Source: a virus (lineage: Duplodnaviria; Heunggongvirae; Uroviricota; Caudoviricetes). Taken from it: a stretch of 18,122 nt of DNA. The stretch covers positions 1 to 18,122 of IMG/VR virus record IMGVR_UViG_2778261416_000003, one strand, 5' to 3'. Under the pieces are notes generated by a model, which did no database searches, was not told the DNA's origin, and was given only the letters and a program-made list of their open reading frames with translations. Position 1 is the stretch's first letter. Each line of letters starts with the position of its first letter. A program made the translations under genes and the position numbers. Shown piece by piece: positions 8,593 through 16,974 of the stretch.

Positions 8593-9196
8593 TGAAGTGT
8601 TCAGCCGCCTGATTGCCCCGGTAACGCGCGGTATTCGCCTGTTGTTTGGCCGGGGCGTTCTGACCGGCACACATGACGAACTGAAAATGCAGAATGTGCA
8701 GCTCACCGGCATGGACGGCGAAACCTTTGATGATGTGGAGCGTCCCCAGCAGTACGGGCAGATCAGCGTTCCCCTGCCGGGTGCGGAAACCTTTTTTGCC
8801 TGTCTGGGCGGACAGCGGGATCAGACTGTGGTGCTTGTGGTGGAAGACCGGCGCAGCCGCCCGACCGGACTCACAGCCGGAGATACGGGGGTGTATCACC
8901 ATGAGGGGCACCGGATACGGTTAACAAAGGATGGTCGCATTATTGTGACATGCAAAATGCTGGAGATTTACGCCGATGAGGGGATGCGGGTGGATACGCC
9001 GGAGGCCACCTTTACGGGCAATGTGACGGTGGATAAAAACCTGCATGTTAAGGGTAATTTCGTGCTTGATGGTACAGGTAAATCAGACGGGCTGTTCACG
9101 ATGTCTGATGCCGTTATTGCCGGGATCACCTATTCCGGCCATGTGCATCAGGATAACGGCAAAGGCAGTAAGACAGGAGCGCCGGAGAATGGCTGA
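8585..9196 (+). CDS. baseplate assembly protein V-like (Mu gp45 family)
   Basis: ~203 aa; position directly upstream of gp46/47/48 homologues; gpV-like N-terminal region; ATG 8585 overlaps the upstream stop. Confidence 0.8.
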   Translation: MNDEVFSRLIAPVTRGIRLLFGRGVLTGTHDELKMQNVQLTGMDGETFDDVERPQQYGQISVPLPGAETFFACLGGQRDQTVVLVVEDRRSRPTGLTAGDTGVYHHEGHRIRLTKDGRIIVTCKMLEIYADEGMRVDTPEATFTGNVTVDKNLHVKGNFVLDGTGKSDGLFTMSDAVIAGITYSGHVHQDNGKGSKTGAPENG

Positions 9197-9626
9197 TATT
9201 GCAATTGTATGGGATCAGGGGTGCGGTTCGCTGCAACTGAACGGTGCCGACCTGCTGACGGATGACAGTCTGCTGACGGCCGTTCTGATTTCGCTGTTTA
9301 CTGACCGCCGGGCGCTGGCATCGGATGAAATCCCTGACGGTACGCGTGACCGCCGGGGATGGTGGGGAGACAGTTTTCGCCCGCGTCCCATTGGCTCCCG
9401 TCTGTGGCTTCTCCGCCGGGAAAAAACGCTGGCCTCGGTGATAAGCCGTGCCCGTGCTTACGCGGATGAGGCGCTGGGCTGGCTCAGTCAGGATGGCGTG
9501 GCGTCATCCGTGGTCTGTCATGCAGAACGTGTGGGACACGCGCGGCTGGCGCTTTCGGTGCGCATAACCCTGCCTGATGGTTCAGTGAGGCCCATGATTT
9601 TTTATGCTGATCTTAAGGGGGAGTAA
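9189..9626 (+). CDS. Mu gp46-like baseplate protein
   Basis: ~145 aa from ATG 9189 (internal Met of track ORF 9045..9626, overlapping the gp45 stop); GWWGD motif; synteny. Confidence 0.8.
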   Translation: MADIAIVWDQGCGSLQLNGADLLTDDSLLTAVLISLFTDRRALASDEIPDGTRDRRGWWGDSFRPRPIGSRLWLLRREKTLASVISRARAYADEALGWLSQDGVASSVVCHAERVGHARLALSVRITLPDGSVRPMIFYADLKGE

Positions 9627-10708
9627 TGCCTTATCAGCCTTTACCGCTGGCACAGTTAATCACGCAGACACAGCAGGATATCAGCCAGCGCCTGCCCGGC
9701 TCGCAGCCGGGTGTGAATGAAACCACCCTGAATGCCATTGCTTACGCTCAGGCAGGGTTATCTGCTCAGGAGCATGAGCATCTGGCCTGGATTGCGCGTC
9801 AGATCATCCCGACCGAAGCCGATGAAGCCGAACTGCTGAAACACTGTGCATTCTGGGGCGTCATGCGTAAGCCTGCCTCTCGGGGGGACGGGCCGGTTCA
9901 GCTGATGCTGACCACGGATGCGGGGATCAAGGAAGGTGTGCTTCTCCAGCGAAGTGATGGCGTGGTTTACCGTATCACCACCTCCCTGACCGGTAAGGCC
10001 GGTACGCTGAATGTCAGTGTGGAAGCCGAAAGTGCCGGTCGTGCGGGGAATGCCCCGGCAGGGACAAAACTGACATTTATCACACCGCAGGCGGGGATCA
10101 ACCAGACGGCCACGGTGACCGGAACGGGGATCACCGGTGGTGCGGATGTGGAAACCGTGCCGGAGCTGCTTTCCCGTCTGGTTTTCCGGGTGCAGAATCC
10201 ACCGTCCGGCGGCACGCAGTATGATTTTGAACGCTGGGCGCGTGAAGTGCCGGGCGTGACGCGGGCATGGTGCCGCCCGGAATGGCCGCAGGCGGGCAGC
10301 GTGGGGGTAACGTTTGTTCAGGATAATAACCCGGACATTTTCCCCGGTGACGGTGATGTTCAGCGGGTGGCGGATTATATCCGCAGTCATGATGATCCGG
10401 CGACCGGCCAGCCTGTCGGACAGCCTCTGGGGCCGACGGTGACCGTGTTTAAACTGACCAATAAGCCGGTGCCCTTCAGCATCAGGATCATCCCGAAAAC
10501 ACCGGAGAATCAGGCGGCCGTAAAACAGGCGCTGACCGACCTGTTGTATAACGAATCCCGGCCCGGCGGTCTGGTTCTGCCGTCGTCTTTCTGGCGGGCG
10601 GTGGCAGGGGTGAAAAATCTGGAGGATTTTGAAGTGCGCAGTCCGCTGACGTCAGTTCAGGCGGGAGACAGTGAGCTGCTGACGGTAGGAGAAATCACAT
10701 GGCTGTAA
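9626..10708 (+). CDS. baseplate J-like protein (Mu gp47 family)
   Basis: 360 aa; GGGGGAG RBS; TAATG overlap with gp46; size and position match Mu gp47 / P2 J. Confidence 0.8.
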   Translation: MPYQPLPLAQLITQTQQDISQRLPGSQPGVNETTLNAIAYAQAGLSAQEHEHLAWIARQIIPTEADEAELLKHCAFWGVMRKPASRGDGPVQLMLTTDAGIKEGVLLQRSDGVVYRITTSLTGKAGTLNVSVEAESAGRAGNAPAGTKLTFITPQAGINQTATVTGTGITGGADVETVPELLSRLVFRVQNPPSGGTQYDFERWAREVPGVTRAWCRPEWPQAGSVGVTFVQDNNPDIFPGDGDVQRVADYIRSHDDPATGQPVGQPLGPTVTVFKLTNKPVPFSIRIIPKTPENQAAVKQALTDLLYNESRPGGLVLPSSFWRAVAGVKNLEDFEVRSPLTSVQAGDSELLTVGEITWL

Positions 10709-11259
10709 CCCTGACCCCGCATCAGCGCGCCCTGTTGCAGTTACTGCCTGACGGGCTGGCATGGGACAAGCGTCCGTCATCCGTACTGGCATCATTATGT
10801 CTGGGCCTCAGTCATTCGACAGCGCGTGTATCCTGGACGGGTAAACAGCTGCTTGCCGAGCGTTTCCCTGACACGTCGCGCCTGCTGCTGGAAGACTGGG
10901 AGCGTTATCTCGGGCTTCCCGAGTGTGATATGGCCGGAGCCACCCTCACGGAGCGACAGCGTTATGCCGGAAATAAATACCGGATGAAGCCCTCGCTGAA
11001 CCGTGAATTTTATATCCGGTTTGCGGCGGAGTTTGGTTATCAGATTGACATTCAGCCCTCACCGGATTCGCAGTGGGTCAGTATTGTCACGATTAACAGT
11101 GAAACCGGCTACCGGAATATGAATGTGCTGGATGATATTCTCACGCCGCTGCGTATTTATGAAGGCGGTGCGCTGGAATGTATTCTGAACCGTTATAAGC
11201 CTGCATGGCAGACGTTTATTTACGTTTATGCAAACAGCCATGAAGAGGAGACTATTTAA
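10699..11259 (+). CDS. Mu gp48-like tail protein (DUF2313 / YmfQ-like)
   Basis: 186 aa; AGGAG RBS; lies between the baseplate J-like gene and the tail fibre as in Mu and e14. Confidence 0.75.
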   Translation: MAVTLTPHQRALLQLLPDGLAWDKRPSSVLASLCLGLSHSTARVSWTGKQLLAERFPDTSRLLLEDWERYLGLPECDMAGATLTERQRYAGNKYRMKPSLNREFYIRFAAEFGYQIDIQPSPDSQWVSIVTINSETGYRNMNVLDDILTPLRIYEGGALECILNRYKPAWQTFIYVYANSHEEETI

Positions 11260-12140
11260 TGTTTCATGTTGATAATAATTCCGGCGTGGCGAATATGCCT
11301 GCGCTGGCACCGGCGCAGAGTAATACCACCACCTGGTTTACCGAAGGTGACGGACAAAAAGGTATCAGCTGGATTGGTCAGGACTGGCTGAATATTCTCC
11401 AGGCCGAACTGCTGAATATTCTGGCTGAAGCCAGTATTCAGCCGGATAAGGCGCAGTTAAACCAGCTTACGCTGTCCATTAAAGCCATTATCGCTGCGAA
11501 TGCCTTTTCCCGGAAAAATAACCTGAAAGAAATTGCTGATGCCGGTGCGGAGGCCCAGCGTCTGGCCCGTGGTTATCTTGGTCTGGGGACGCTTGCCACA
11601 AAAAACAGTCTTGGTCCCGCTGACATTAATGCCCTGGCGAAGGATCAGAATCTCGCCGACCTGGAGAATAAGGGAACCGCCCGTAATAATCTGGATGTTT
11701 ACAGCAAAAGCGAAGGTGATAACCGTTACCTGCGCAGGGAGCAGAACGGCGCAGACATTCCGGATAAAGGGGCTTTTATCGATAACGTCGGTTTACGGGA
11801 AACGGTAAACAGGGCGGCGAATGCCCTGCCATCGGACGGCACCGCCGTTGCCGCGAACAGGCTGGCAAATGCCCACACAATTAATGGTGTTCCCTTTGAC
11901 GGGACGCAGGATATCACTATCTCATCAGGAACAGTAACCGCCATAAGACTGGGGTCGGTGACCGCACATATGCCCGGAACATGGGAAAGCTGGGATCTGA
12001 ATCTGGGGGGCGGCAATGTTCTTACCGGAATTAAAGTACAGGATGTCGGTAAGAATACGGCAGATAACGTCGGCGGCGTGTATTACCGGCCGTTGCAGTA
12101 TCTGTTAAATGGAGCATGGGTGACGGCTGCAAGTATATAA
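11259..12140 (+). CDS. tail fibre protein, constant N-terminal part plus variable C-terminal part (current orientation)
   Basis: 293 aa; tail-fibre-like N-terminus; C-terminal [18 protein letters not shown] resembles the P2 H C-terminus; a gix-like site lies inside the gene at 11776..11801. Confidence 0.85.
   Translation: MFHVDNNSGVANMPALAPAQSNTTTWFTEGDGQKGISWIGQDWLNILQAELLNILAEASIQPDKAQLNQLTLSIKAIIAANAFSRKNNLKEIADAGAEAQRLARGYLGLGTLATKNSLGPADINALAKDQNLADLENKGTARNNLDVYSKSEGDNRYLRREQNGADIPDKGAFIDNVGLRETVNRAANALPSDGTAVAANRLANAHTINGVPFDGTQDITISSGTVTAIRLGSVTAHMPGTWESWDLNLGGGNVLTGIKVQDVGKNTADNVGGVYYRPLQYLLNGAWVTAASI
11776..11801. repeat. gix-like recombination site, left (inside the tail-fibre gene)
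   Basis: TTATCGATAACGTCGGTTTACGGGAA, about 22/26 identical to the reverse complement of the Mu gix sequence as remembered; the inverted repeat begins at its centre. Confidence 0.7.
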
Positions 12141-12149
12141 TGATATTCA

Positions 12150-12173
12150 GAAGGCCTTCCGGCCTTCTTTATT
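12150..12173. terminator. intrinsic terminator hairpin between the convergent fibre and assembly genes
   Basis: GAAGGCC-TTCC-GGCCTTC (7-bp stem, 4-nt loop) followed by TTTATT on the + strand. Confidence 0.6.
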
Positions 12174-12693
12174 ACTGTGGCTGCTCAGGCCATTTAATGG
12201 CGTTAAATTCAGCTTCTGTTTTAATGGCGGGTAGTTCCATTTTCTTCACCTGACTGATGTATGCCATCCATTGGGTAAGTGCTGCTCTGTCTTCATCGCT
12301 GATGGTGCCCAGTTGTAGCTCCGTTCTCCAGTCATTAATTTTTTCATATGCCTGATTAAGATATGACTGGCGCATTGCTTCCAGTTTTCTTGCGTAGTTA
12401 ACCGGAATACGGGAGATTATGCCATTATCAAACTTCCAGTTTCCTGAAATATCCGTGCCTTCAGGGAGTTCATCGACCTCAACCACAGAAAACCCCGCAG
12501 GATACAGCGCCGAGGCGTCCTGTGATATTGAGCAGATAACGCCGCTGTCAGGTGTTATGCAAAGTTTATATTTTTTGGTGAATAATGGCAGGGATTCGTA
12601 GAAATCCTTACCATCTTCACTCTGGAAATACTGAACATTATTACCATATGGCATATTTTCAGGATAATAACGGGTTATATTTTTTAGTTCCAT
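12172..12693 (-). CDS. tail fibre assembly protein (Tfa / Mu U' / P2 G family)
   Basis: 173 aa; SEDGKDFYE...DASALYPAGFSVVEVDELP and C-terminal WPEQPQ match Tfa-family proteins such as e14 TfaE as remembered. Confidence 0.85.
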   Translation of the reverse strand: MELKNITRYYPENMPYGNNVQYFQSEDGKDFYESLPLFTKKYKLCITPDSGVICSISQDASALYPAGFSVVEVDELPEGTDISGNWKFDNGIISRIPVNYARKLEAMRQSYLNQAYEKINDWRTELQLGTISDEDRAALTQWMAYISQVKKMELPAIKTEAEFNAIKWPEQPQ

Positions 12694-12744
12694 AAAATCC
12701 TCCTGGAAATAAATCTGTTTTAAAATATATTATTTACTGACTAT

Positions 12745-13107
12745 TTATAACTGAGATACCGTAATCCATGTACCTCCGACTAATTTTTGCAGGGGTCTGA
12801 ATGCTATAAAATCGTTTGAAGCATCAACTTTACTGTCAATCTGCAGGCCTGCCATAACATTACCGTACGCAGAGTAATATGCCCCACCGTACATTACCTG
12901 CCTGTTCTCTGCTCCCAGCCTGATATCCTGGATATATCGGGAATCCGCATCCTGCTGTGTTATACCAGAAGTGATGTTTATGTCCTGCGTCCCGTCAAAG
13001 GGAACCCCATTAATATTTCTTGGGGTGGCGAGTCTATTCGCGGCAACGGCGGTGCCGTCCGATGGCAGAGCATTCGCCGCCCTGTTTACCGTTTCCCGTA
13101 AACCGAG
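12745..13107 (-). CDS. alternative tail-fibre C-terminal cassette (S'v-like); start-less, expressed only after inversion
   Basis: Minus-strand frame from the gixR centre to stop at 12745 reads [24 protein letters not shown]...FRPLQKLVGGTWITVSQL, sharing the first ~23 aa and the C-terminal pattern with the + strand fibre; followed on the minus strand by the Tfa gene. Confidence 0.75.
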   Translation of the reverse strand, partial: LGLRETVNRAANALPSDGTAVAANRLATPRNINGVPFDGTQDINITSGITQQDADSRYIQDIRLGAENRQVMYGGAYYSAYGNVMAGLQIDSKVDASNDFIAFRPLQKLVGGTWITVSQL

Positions 13108-13118
13108 GTTTTCAGGAA
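13093..13118. repeat. gix-like recombination site, right
   Basis: TTCCCGTAAACCGAGGTTTTCAGGAA, about 22/26 identical to the Mu gix sequence TTCCTGTAAACCGAGGTTTTGGATAA as remembered. Confidence 0.75.
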
Positions 13119-13183
13119 AGCCAGGATTAACTCTGTTTTATTCCTCATGCGACAATTCCGGCTTTTTATAATAAGGAAATCGT

Positions 13184-13756
13184 ATGCTGATTGGGTATAT
13201 CAGGGTGTCAACAAATGACCAGAATACGGCGCTACAAAGAAATGCGCTGGAATGTGCAGGATGTGAGCTGTTTTTCGAAGACAGAATAAGCGGTAAGACA
13301 AGGGAGCGTCCCGGACTTAAACGCGCATTAAAGCGACTCCGGCCAGGGGATACCCTGCTGGTCTGGAAACTGGATCGCCTTGGACGCAGTATGCAGCACC
13401 TTGTCCTTTTAACAGAAGAACTCCGGCAACGCGGCGTTAACTTCCGCAGCATTACGGACAATATTGATACATCCACTCCCATGGGACGTTTCTTTTTCCA
13501 TATAATGGGCGCGCTGGCGGAAATGGAGCGGGAACTCATTATTGAACGTACACGCGCGGGTCTTGCTGCTGCCCGTGCTCAGGGGCGTCATGGCGGCAGA
13601 CCTCAGAAACTGACAGAGAAAGAGCGGGAGCAAATCGCCCGTTTGCTGGCTAATGGCGAGTCCCGTAAACAAATCGCACTGATATTTGATATTGGCCTTT
13701 CCACCCTTTATCGTTATTTTCCTGCCTCACCAGCTCCGTCACCAAAAGTACCGTGA
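13184..13756 (+). CDS. gin: serine DNA invertase (Gin/Pin/Hin family)
   Basis: 190 aa; MLIGYIRVSTNDQN catalytic-serine N-terminus, WKLDRLGRSM, GRFFFHIMGALAEMERELIIERT, C-terminal HTH; near-colinear with Pin/Gin; AAGGA RBS. Confidence 0.95.
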   Translation: MLIGYIRVSTNDQNTALQRNALECAGCELFFEDRISGKTRERPGLKRALKRLRPGDTLLVWKLDRLGRSMQHLVLLTEELRQRGVNFRSITDNIDTSTPMGRFFFHIMGALAEMERELIIERTRAGLAAARAQGRHGGRPQKLTEKEREQIARLLANGESRKQIALIFDIGLSTLYRYFPASPAPSPKVP

Positions 13757-13765
13757 CGCTTTTTT
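13737..13765 (+). terminator. candidate intrinsic terminator at the end of gin
   Basis: CGTCAC ... GTGACG (6-bp stem, 10-nt loop) followed by C plus T6 (13760..13765). Confidence 0.45.
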
Positions 13766-13841
13766 GAATTTCCGCAAAACACATATTTTTCAGCGGTCGC
13801 TATTCTGACTCTGTTTAATTCAGAAACAGGCAGAAAAGACG

Positions 13842-15896
13842 ATGTCAGACTCCAAGTGGAAAATGCTCTCCGCCATGCCCGGAGAGTTTTCAGTCAAGGT
13901 TGCCGGTGGCACGGTGGCATTTATTGAAAGCCCTTTCCGCCCTTCGGGTAATAAAGGGGGGATCACCTTCGCAGACTGCGTGATCCGCTTCAGCACGAAA
14001 GAGCCATTATGGGTAATGCCGGTATCCGGTAATCCCAGTGCAGAAATCACCAGTTCAGGCGTGACTGGCATCATTCCAATCACATCTGACGTGGCCGGAA
14101 CGCTCACGCCCTCCGACTGGAATGCACCGGATAACGCCGGGCCTTCCGGTAGCACGAATGGCAGCAGTTCAAAGCCGGAATATTACTTTGTTGTCATTCT
14201 CGCGGGTCAGTCAAATGGCATGGCCTACGGCGAGGGGCTGCCGTTACCGGATTCGTTTGACCGCCCGGACCCACGCATTAAGCAACTGGCACGCCGCAGT
14301 ACGGTAACGCCCAACGGTACGTCGTGTACATACAACGACATCATTCCGGCAGACCACTGCCTGCATGATGTTCAGGATATGAGCGGGATAAACCACCCGA
14401 AAGCTGATCTGGCAAAAGGCCAGTACGGGACTGTCGGTCAGGGGTTGCATATTGCCAAAAAACTGCTTCCCTATATCCCACAGAATGCCGGGATACTTCT
14501 GGTGCCCTGTTGTCGTGGCGGGTCAGCATTCACCACTGGAGCCGACGGCTCATTCAGTGAGGCCAGCGGTGCTTCCGCTGATTCTTCACGCTGGGGGGCC
14601 GGTAAACCTCTGTATCAGGACCTGGTAAGCCGCACCAAAGTCGCGCTGGCGAAAAACCCGAAAAACAAACTTCTGGCTGTGGTCTGGATGCAGGGAGAGG
14701 CAGACCTTGCCTCAGGAAGCCAGCAGCATAATAGTTTATTCACGGCCATGGTTCAGCAGTTCAGAACTGACCTGGCTCCGCTTGCTGCGCAGTGCGTGAG
14801 TGGAAATGCCACCACGGTGCCGTGGATTTGCGGTGATACCACGTATTACTGGAAAAACGCTGGCACCGATAAATATGAGGCAGTATACGGTGGCTACAAA
14901 GGCAAGGAAGCACAGAAAATTTTCTTTGTACCGTTCCTGACGGATGAGAATGGACAGAGCACGCCAACGAATGCTCCGGCGGAAGACCCGGATATTGTGG
15001 CTGTCGGGTATTACGGTGCAGCATCCCGAACCCAGGGCAGTTTTGTTTCGACACAGCGTGACAGCCATTTCAGCTCATGGGCACGCAGGGGCGTCATTTC
15101 AGACCGTCTGGCCTCAGCTATTATGCTCCATGCAGGGCGCACGGCTGAACTGATGCGCGGGCAGACCGTGACACCACCGGATGAGAAGCCGTCACCTGAT
15201 ACACCATCAAAACCGTCCACGCCACCCGCAGACACCACGACGATGAGTACGCTATTTGCTTACCGGGCATCTGAGTCTGAAGGACGGTTGACACCACAGG
15301 GTTGGGCTGCCGGAGGTGGCAAGGCTCAAATCGTGGATGATGCCGGAGCCAGCGGGGGTAAGGCAATGAAACTGACCAAGGAAACAGGAAGAGCCCCCTG
15401 GTACCTTGAGCATGATGCTGGTAATGGTGCGGACCTGCTGGGTAAAGGTGGTCTTGTCAGTTGTCGTTTTAAACTCGATGGCGCGCTTACGGCTAATCAG
15501 TACGCACTGGCGCTGTACTGGCCGGTTTCTGCCCTGCCGCAAGGGGTTACTCTGGAAGGAAATGCCGGTCATAACCTGCTGGCATCGTTCTACGTACAGA
15601 GCGATGCCACAGACCTTAACGTGATGTATCACAAAGGAAACACGGCGCAGAACACGAAGCTGGGGTCATTCGGCGCATTTAATAACGAATGGCATACGCT
15701 GGGCTTCCGTTTTGCCGGTAACAACAGTATTGAGGTGACACCGGTCATTGATGGTAAGGACGGGACACCATTCATGCTGTCGCAGTCTCCGGTCGGCACG
15801 TTTACGGCAGACAAGTTGCGCGTGACCGATATCACTAAAAATGCGACTTACCCGGTACTGATTGACAGTATCGTGGTGGAAGTGAATAACGCGTAA
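13842..15896 (+). CDS. prophage-type sialate O-acetylesterase (NanS-p-like; SGNH/SASA esterase core, Pro/Ser/Thr linker, C-terminal lectin-like domain)
   Basis: 684 aa; esterase-core motif ILAGQSNGMAYGEGLPLPD, then VPCCRGGSAF and WMQGEADL; PPDEKPSPDTPSKPSTPPADTTT linker; location after tail-fibre genes as for NanS-p in Stx prophages; start codon uncertain. Confidence 0.75.
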   Translation: MSDSKWKMLSAMPGEFSVKVAGGTVAFIESPFRPSGNKGGITFADCVIRFSTKEPLWVMPVSGNPSAEITSSGVTGIIPITSDVAGTLTPSDWNAPDNAGPSGSTNGSSSKPEYYFVVILAGQSNGMAYGEGLPLPDSFDRPDPRIKQLARRSTVTPNGTSCTYNDIIPADHCLHDVQDMSGINHPKADLAKGQYGTVGQGLHIAKKLLPYIPQNAGILLVPCCRGGSAFTTGADGSFSEASGASADSSRWGAGKPLYQDLVSRTKVALAKNPKNKLLAVVWMQGEADLASGSQQHNSLFTAMVQQFRTDLAPLAAQCVSGNATTVPWICGDTTYYWKNAGTDKYEAVYGGYKGKEAQKIFFVPFLTDENGQSTPTNAPAEDPDIVAVGYYGAASRTQGSFVSTQRDSHFSSWARRGVISDRLASAIMLHAGRTAELMRGQTVTPPDEKPSPDTPSKPSTPPADTTTMSTLFAYRASESEGRLTPQGWAAGGGKAQIVDDAGASGGKAMKLTKETGRAPWYLEHDAGNGADLLGKGGLVSCRFKLDGALTANQYALALYWPVSALPQGVTLEGNAGHNLLASFYVQSDATDLNVMYHKGNTAQNTKLGSFGAFNNEWHTLGFRFAGNNSIEVTPVIDGKDGTPFMLSQSPVGTFTADKLRVTDITKNATYPVLIDSIVVEVNNA

Positions 15897-15901
15897 GCAG
15901 G

Positions 15902-15943
15902 ATAAAAAAATGCCGCCGGTAAGGGAAAACAAGAAACCGGCGG
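15902..15943 (-). terminator. minus-oriented intrinsic terminator
   Basis: GCCGCCGGT ... ACCGGCGGC (9-bp stem, 15-nt loop); on the minus strand the hairpin is followed by T7 (+ 15903..15909). Confidence 0.45.
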
Positions 15944-15992
15944 CAAAAAGATCGTTATATCCAAAGCAAAAAATGCAGTGCACCTTTTTACC
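15903..15992 (-). ncRNA. candidate small RNA (~90 nt) divergent from the small membrane-peptide gene
   Basis: Minus-strand TTGACA (+ 16025..16020), 15-nt spacer, TAATAT (+ 16004..15999), then the terminator above; no ORF. Confidence 0.25.
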
Positions 15993-16040
15993 TAACAGAT
16001 ATTACCGGTGTCAACACCATGTCAATAATTGGGAGGGATA

Positions 16041-16223
16041 ATGACATTTTTACAGCTTATTTTATTGTATTTCTGCACGGCAGTATGTGCGTTATATCTG
16101 GTGAGTGGTGGTTATAAGGCCATCAGAAATTATGTTCGCCGCAAAATTGAGGACGCAGCAGCTGAAAAACTCAGTAAAACAGCGCAGGTAACTCCGCTCC
16201 CAAAAGACCCGACCCAGCCCTGA
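16041..16223 (+). CDS. small membrane peptide (60 aa, one predicted TM helix, basic C-terminal tail)
   Basis: GGGAGGG RBS 4 nt upstream of ATG 16041; hydrophobic stretch FLQLILLYFCTAVCALYLVSGG; terminator immediately downstream. Confidence 0.45.
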   Translation: MTFLQLILLYFCTAVCALYLVSGGYKAIRNYVRRKIEDAAAEKLSKTAQVTPLPKDPTQP

Positions 16224-16238
16224 TTGCAGGGCTTTATT
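16216..16238 (+). terminator. intrinsic terminator overlapping the stop codon of the membrane-peptide gene
   Basis: AGCCCTG-ATTG-CAGGGCT (7-bp stem, 4-nt loop) followed by TTATT. Confidence 0.5.
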
Positions 16239-16258
16239 CCCGCATAAGGAGGATATAC

Positions 16259-16513
16259 ATGCCAGAAATTAAAGGCACCGTCACTGAAGACCTGGTAAAA
16301 CAGGCACTGTATTCCGGTGAAGTAAATAAGTTGCTGAAAGCGCAGGTCCGCAAGGATTTTGAGGCACAAATCGACACTTACGTTGATGAAGTGCTGGCAA
16401 AACTTATTGGGCCAGCAGTTGCGGCCAGTGATGCTGATAATGAGCCGAAAACCGACGCGCAGCCAGAGCAACCAGACCCGGCTCAGCCCGGAACTGACAG
16501 TACCATGATGTAA
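16259..16513 (+). CDS. hypothetical acidic protein (84 aa)
   Basis: AGGAGG RBS 6 nt upstream of ATG 16259; hairpin CAAACCGG ... CCGGTTTG (16519..16546) downstream. Confidence 0.5.
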   Translation: MPEIKGTVTEDLVKQALYSGEVNKLLKAQVRKDFEAQIDTYVDEVLAKLIGPAVAASDADNEPKTDAQPEQPDPAQPGTDSTMM

Positions 16514-16680
16514 CAATACAAACCGGTGGTGTCCTCTGCCGGTTTGACACTAATGAAAACATCTTTGCCGCTATCCAGCCATATGTAATCGCTGGATAGT
16601 ATTTCGTATTCAGAAATATAGCTGCTTATGGAGCAGTCAATCCTGCTTCCCCATCCGGGCAGGCAAATGAACCGGTATCA

Positions 16681-16974
16681 TTAGTCCGATTCACGCTTTT
16701 GTAGAATCGTTCCCAGAATGCTATACAGCTCATTAGCCTGTTGCTCCATCATTGAGACGGAGGCTATACGGTGCAAAGTGATTTCAGGAGGTGGCACACC
16801 TCCATCTTCTTGCTGTGGAGGAAAAACATAAGATTTAATAAAAAAGTTGAAGCATATGAACTCTCCCGCACTCGAACTGTATTTGCAGGCATCTGAATAA
16901 TCGGAAAAATAATCATTATAGATTTCCGCATTTTCAATCATTTTTCGATTTCTCGTCGTTACATGATTGTCCAT
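16681..16974 (-). CDS. hypothetical protein (97 aa), divergent from com-mom
   Basis: AAGAGG RBS 5 nt upstream of ATG 16974 on the minus strand; AT-rich; downstream hairpin CTATCCAGC ... GCTGGATAG at 16567..16598. Confidence 0.45.
   Translation of the reverse strand: MDNHVTTRNRKMIENAEIYNDYFSDYSDACKYSSSAGEFICFNFFIKSYVFPPQQEDGGVPPPEITLHRIASVSMMEQQANELYSILGTILQKRESD

Larger units (their letters stand above)
11788..13106. other. Gin-invertible DNA segment (G/C/P-segment analogue)
   Basis: Inverted repeat 11788..11911 versus 12983..13106 (about 70 bp near-identical, a 23-bp divergent block, then about 31 bp similar); gix-like sites at both boundaries; serine invertase gene immediately to the right. 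Confidence 0.75.

Noticed and set aside
9758-10390. 210-aa and 82-aa minus-strand ORFs inside the baseplate J-like gene
   Set aside because: Antisense to a well-supported + strand gene; Arg/Pro-rich translations typical of antisense frames in GC-rich DNA.
11726-13171. Two ORFs (11726..12016 minus, 12971..13171 plus) sharing the peptide [10 protein letters not shown]...[26 protein letters not shown]
   Set aside because: The shared peptide is an artefact of the inverted repeat: both are antisense readings of the two copies of the tail-fibre repeat, not genes. The repeat itself is reported as the invertible-segment boundary.
13167-13172. Perfect TATAAT hexamer upstream of gin as its -10 element
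   Set aside because: It lies only 11 bp before the ATG and overlaps the RBS region, so a transcript from it would lack the Shine-Dalgarno sequence; no suitably spaced -35.
13138-13672. Minus-strand ORFs of 133 and 87 aa overlapping gin
   Set aside because: Antisense to the invertase gene, which has near-complete family colinearity.
13764-13806. Sigma-70 promoter for the esterase gene (TTGAAT at 13764..13769)
   Set aside because: No -10 hexamer at a workable 16- to 18-bp spacing; the candidate elements give 13- to 14-bp spacers.
14122-15983. Numerous 60- to 126-aa ORFs on both strands within the esterase gene
   Set aside because: All are nested in or antisense to the 684-aa ORF, which has a continuous domain signature.
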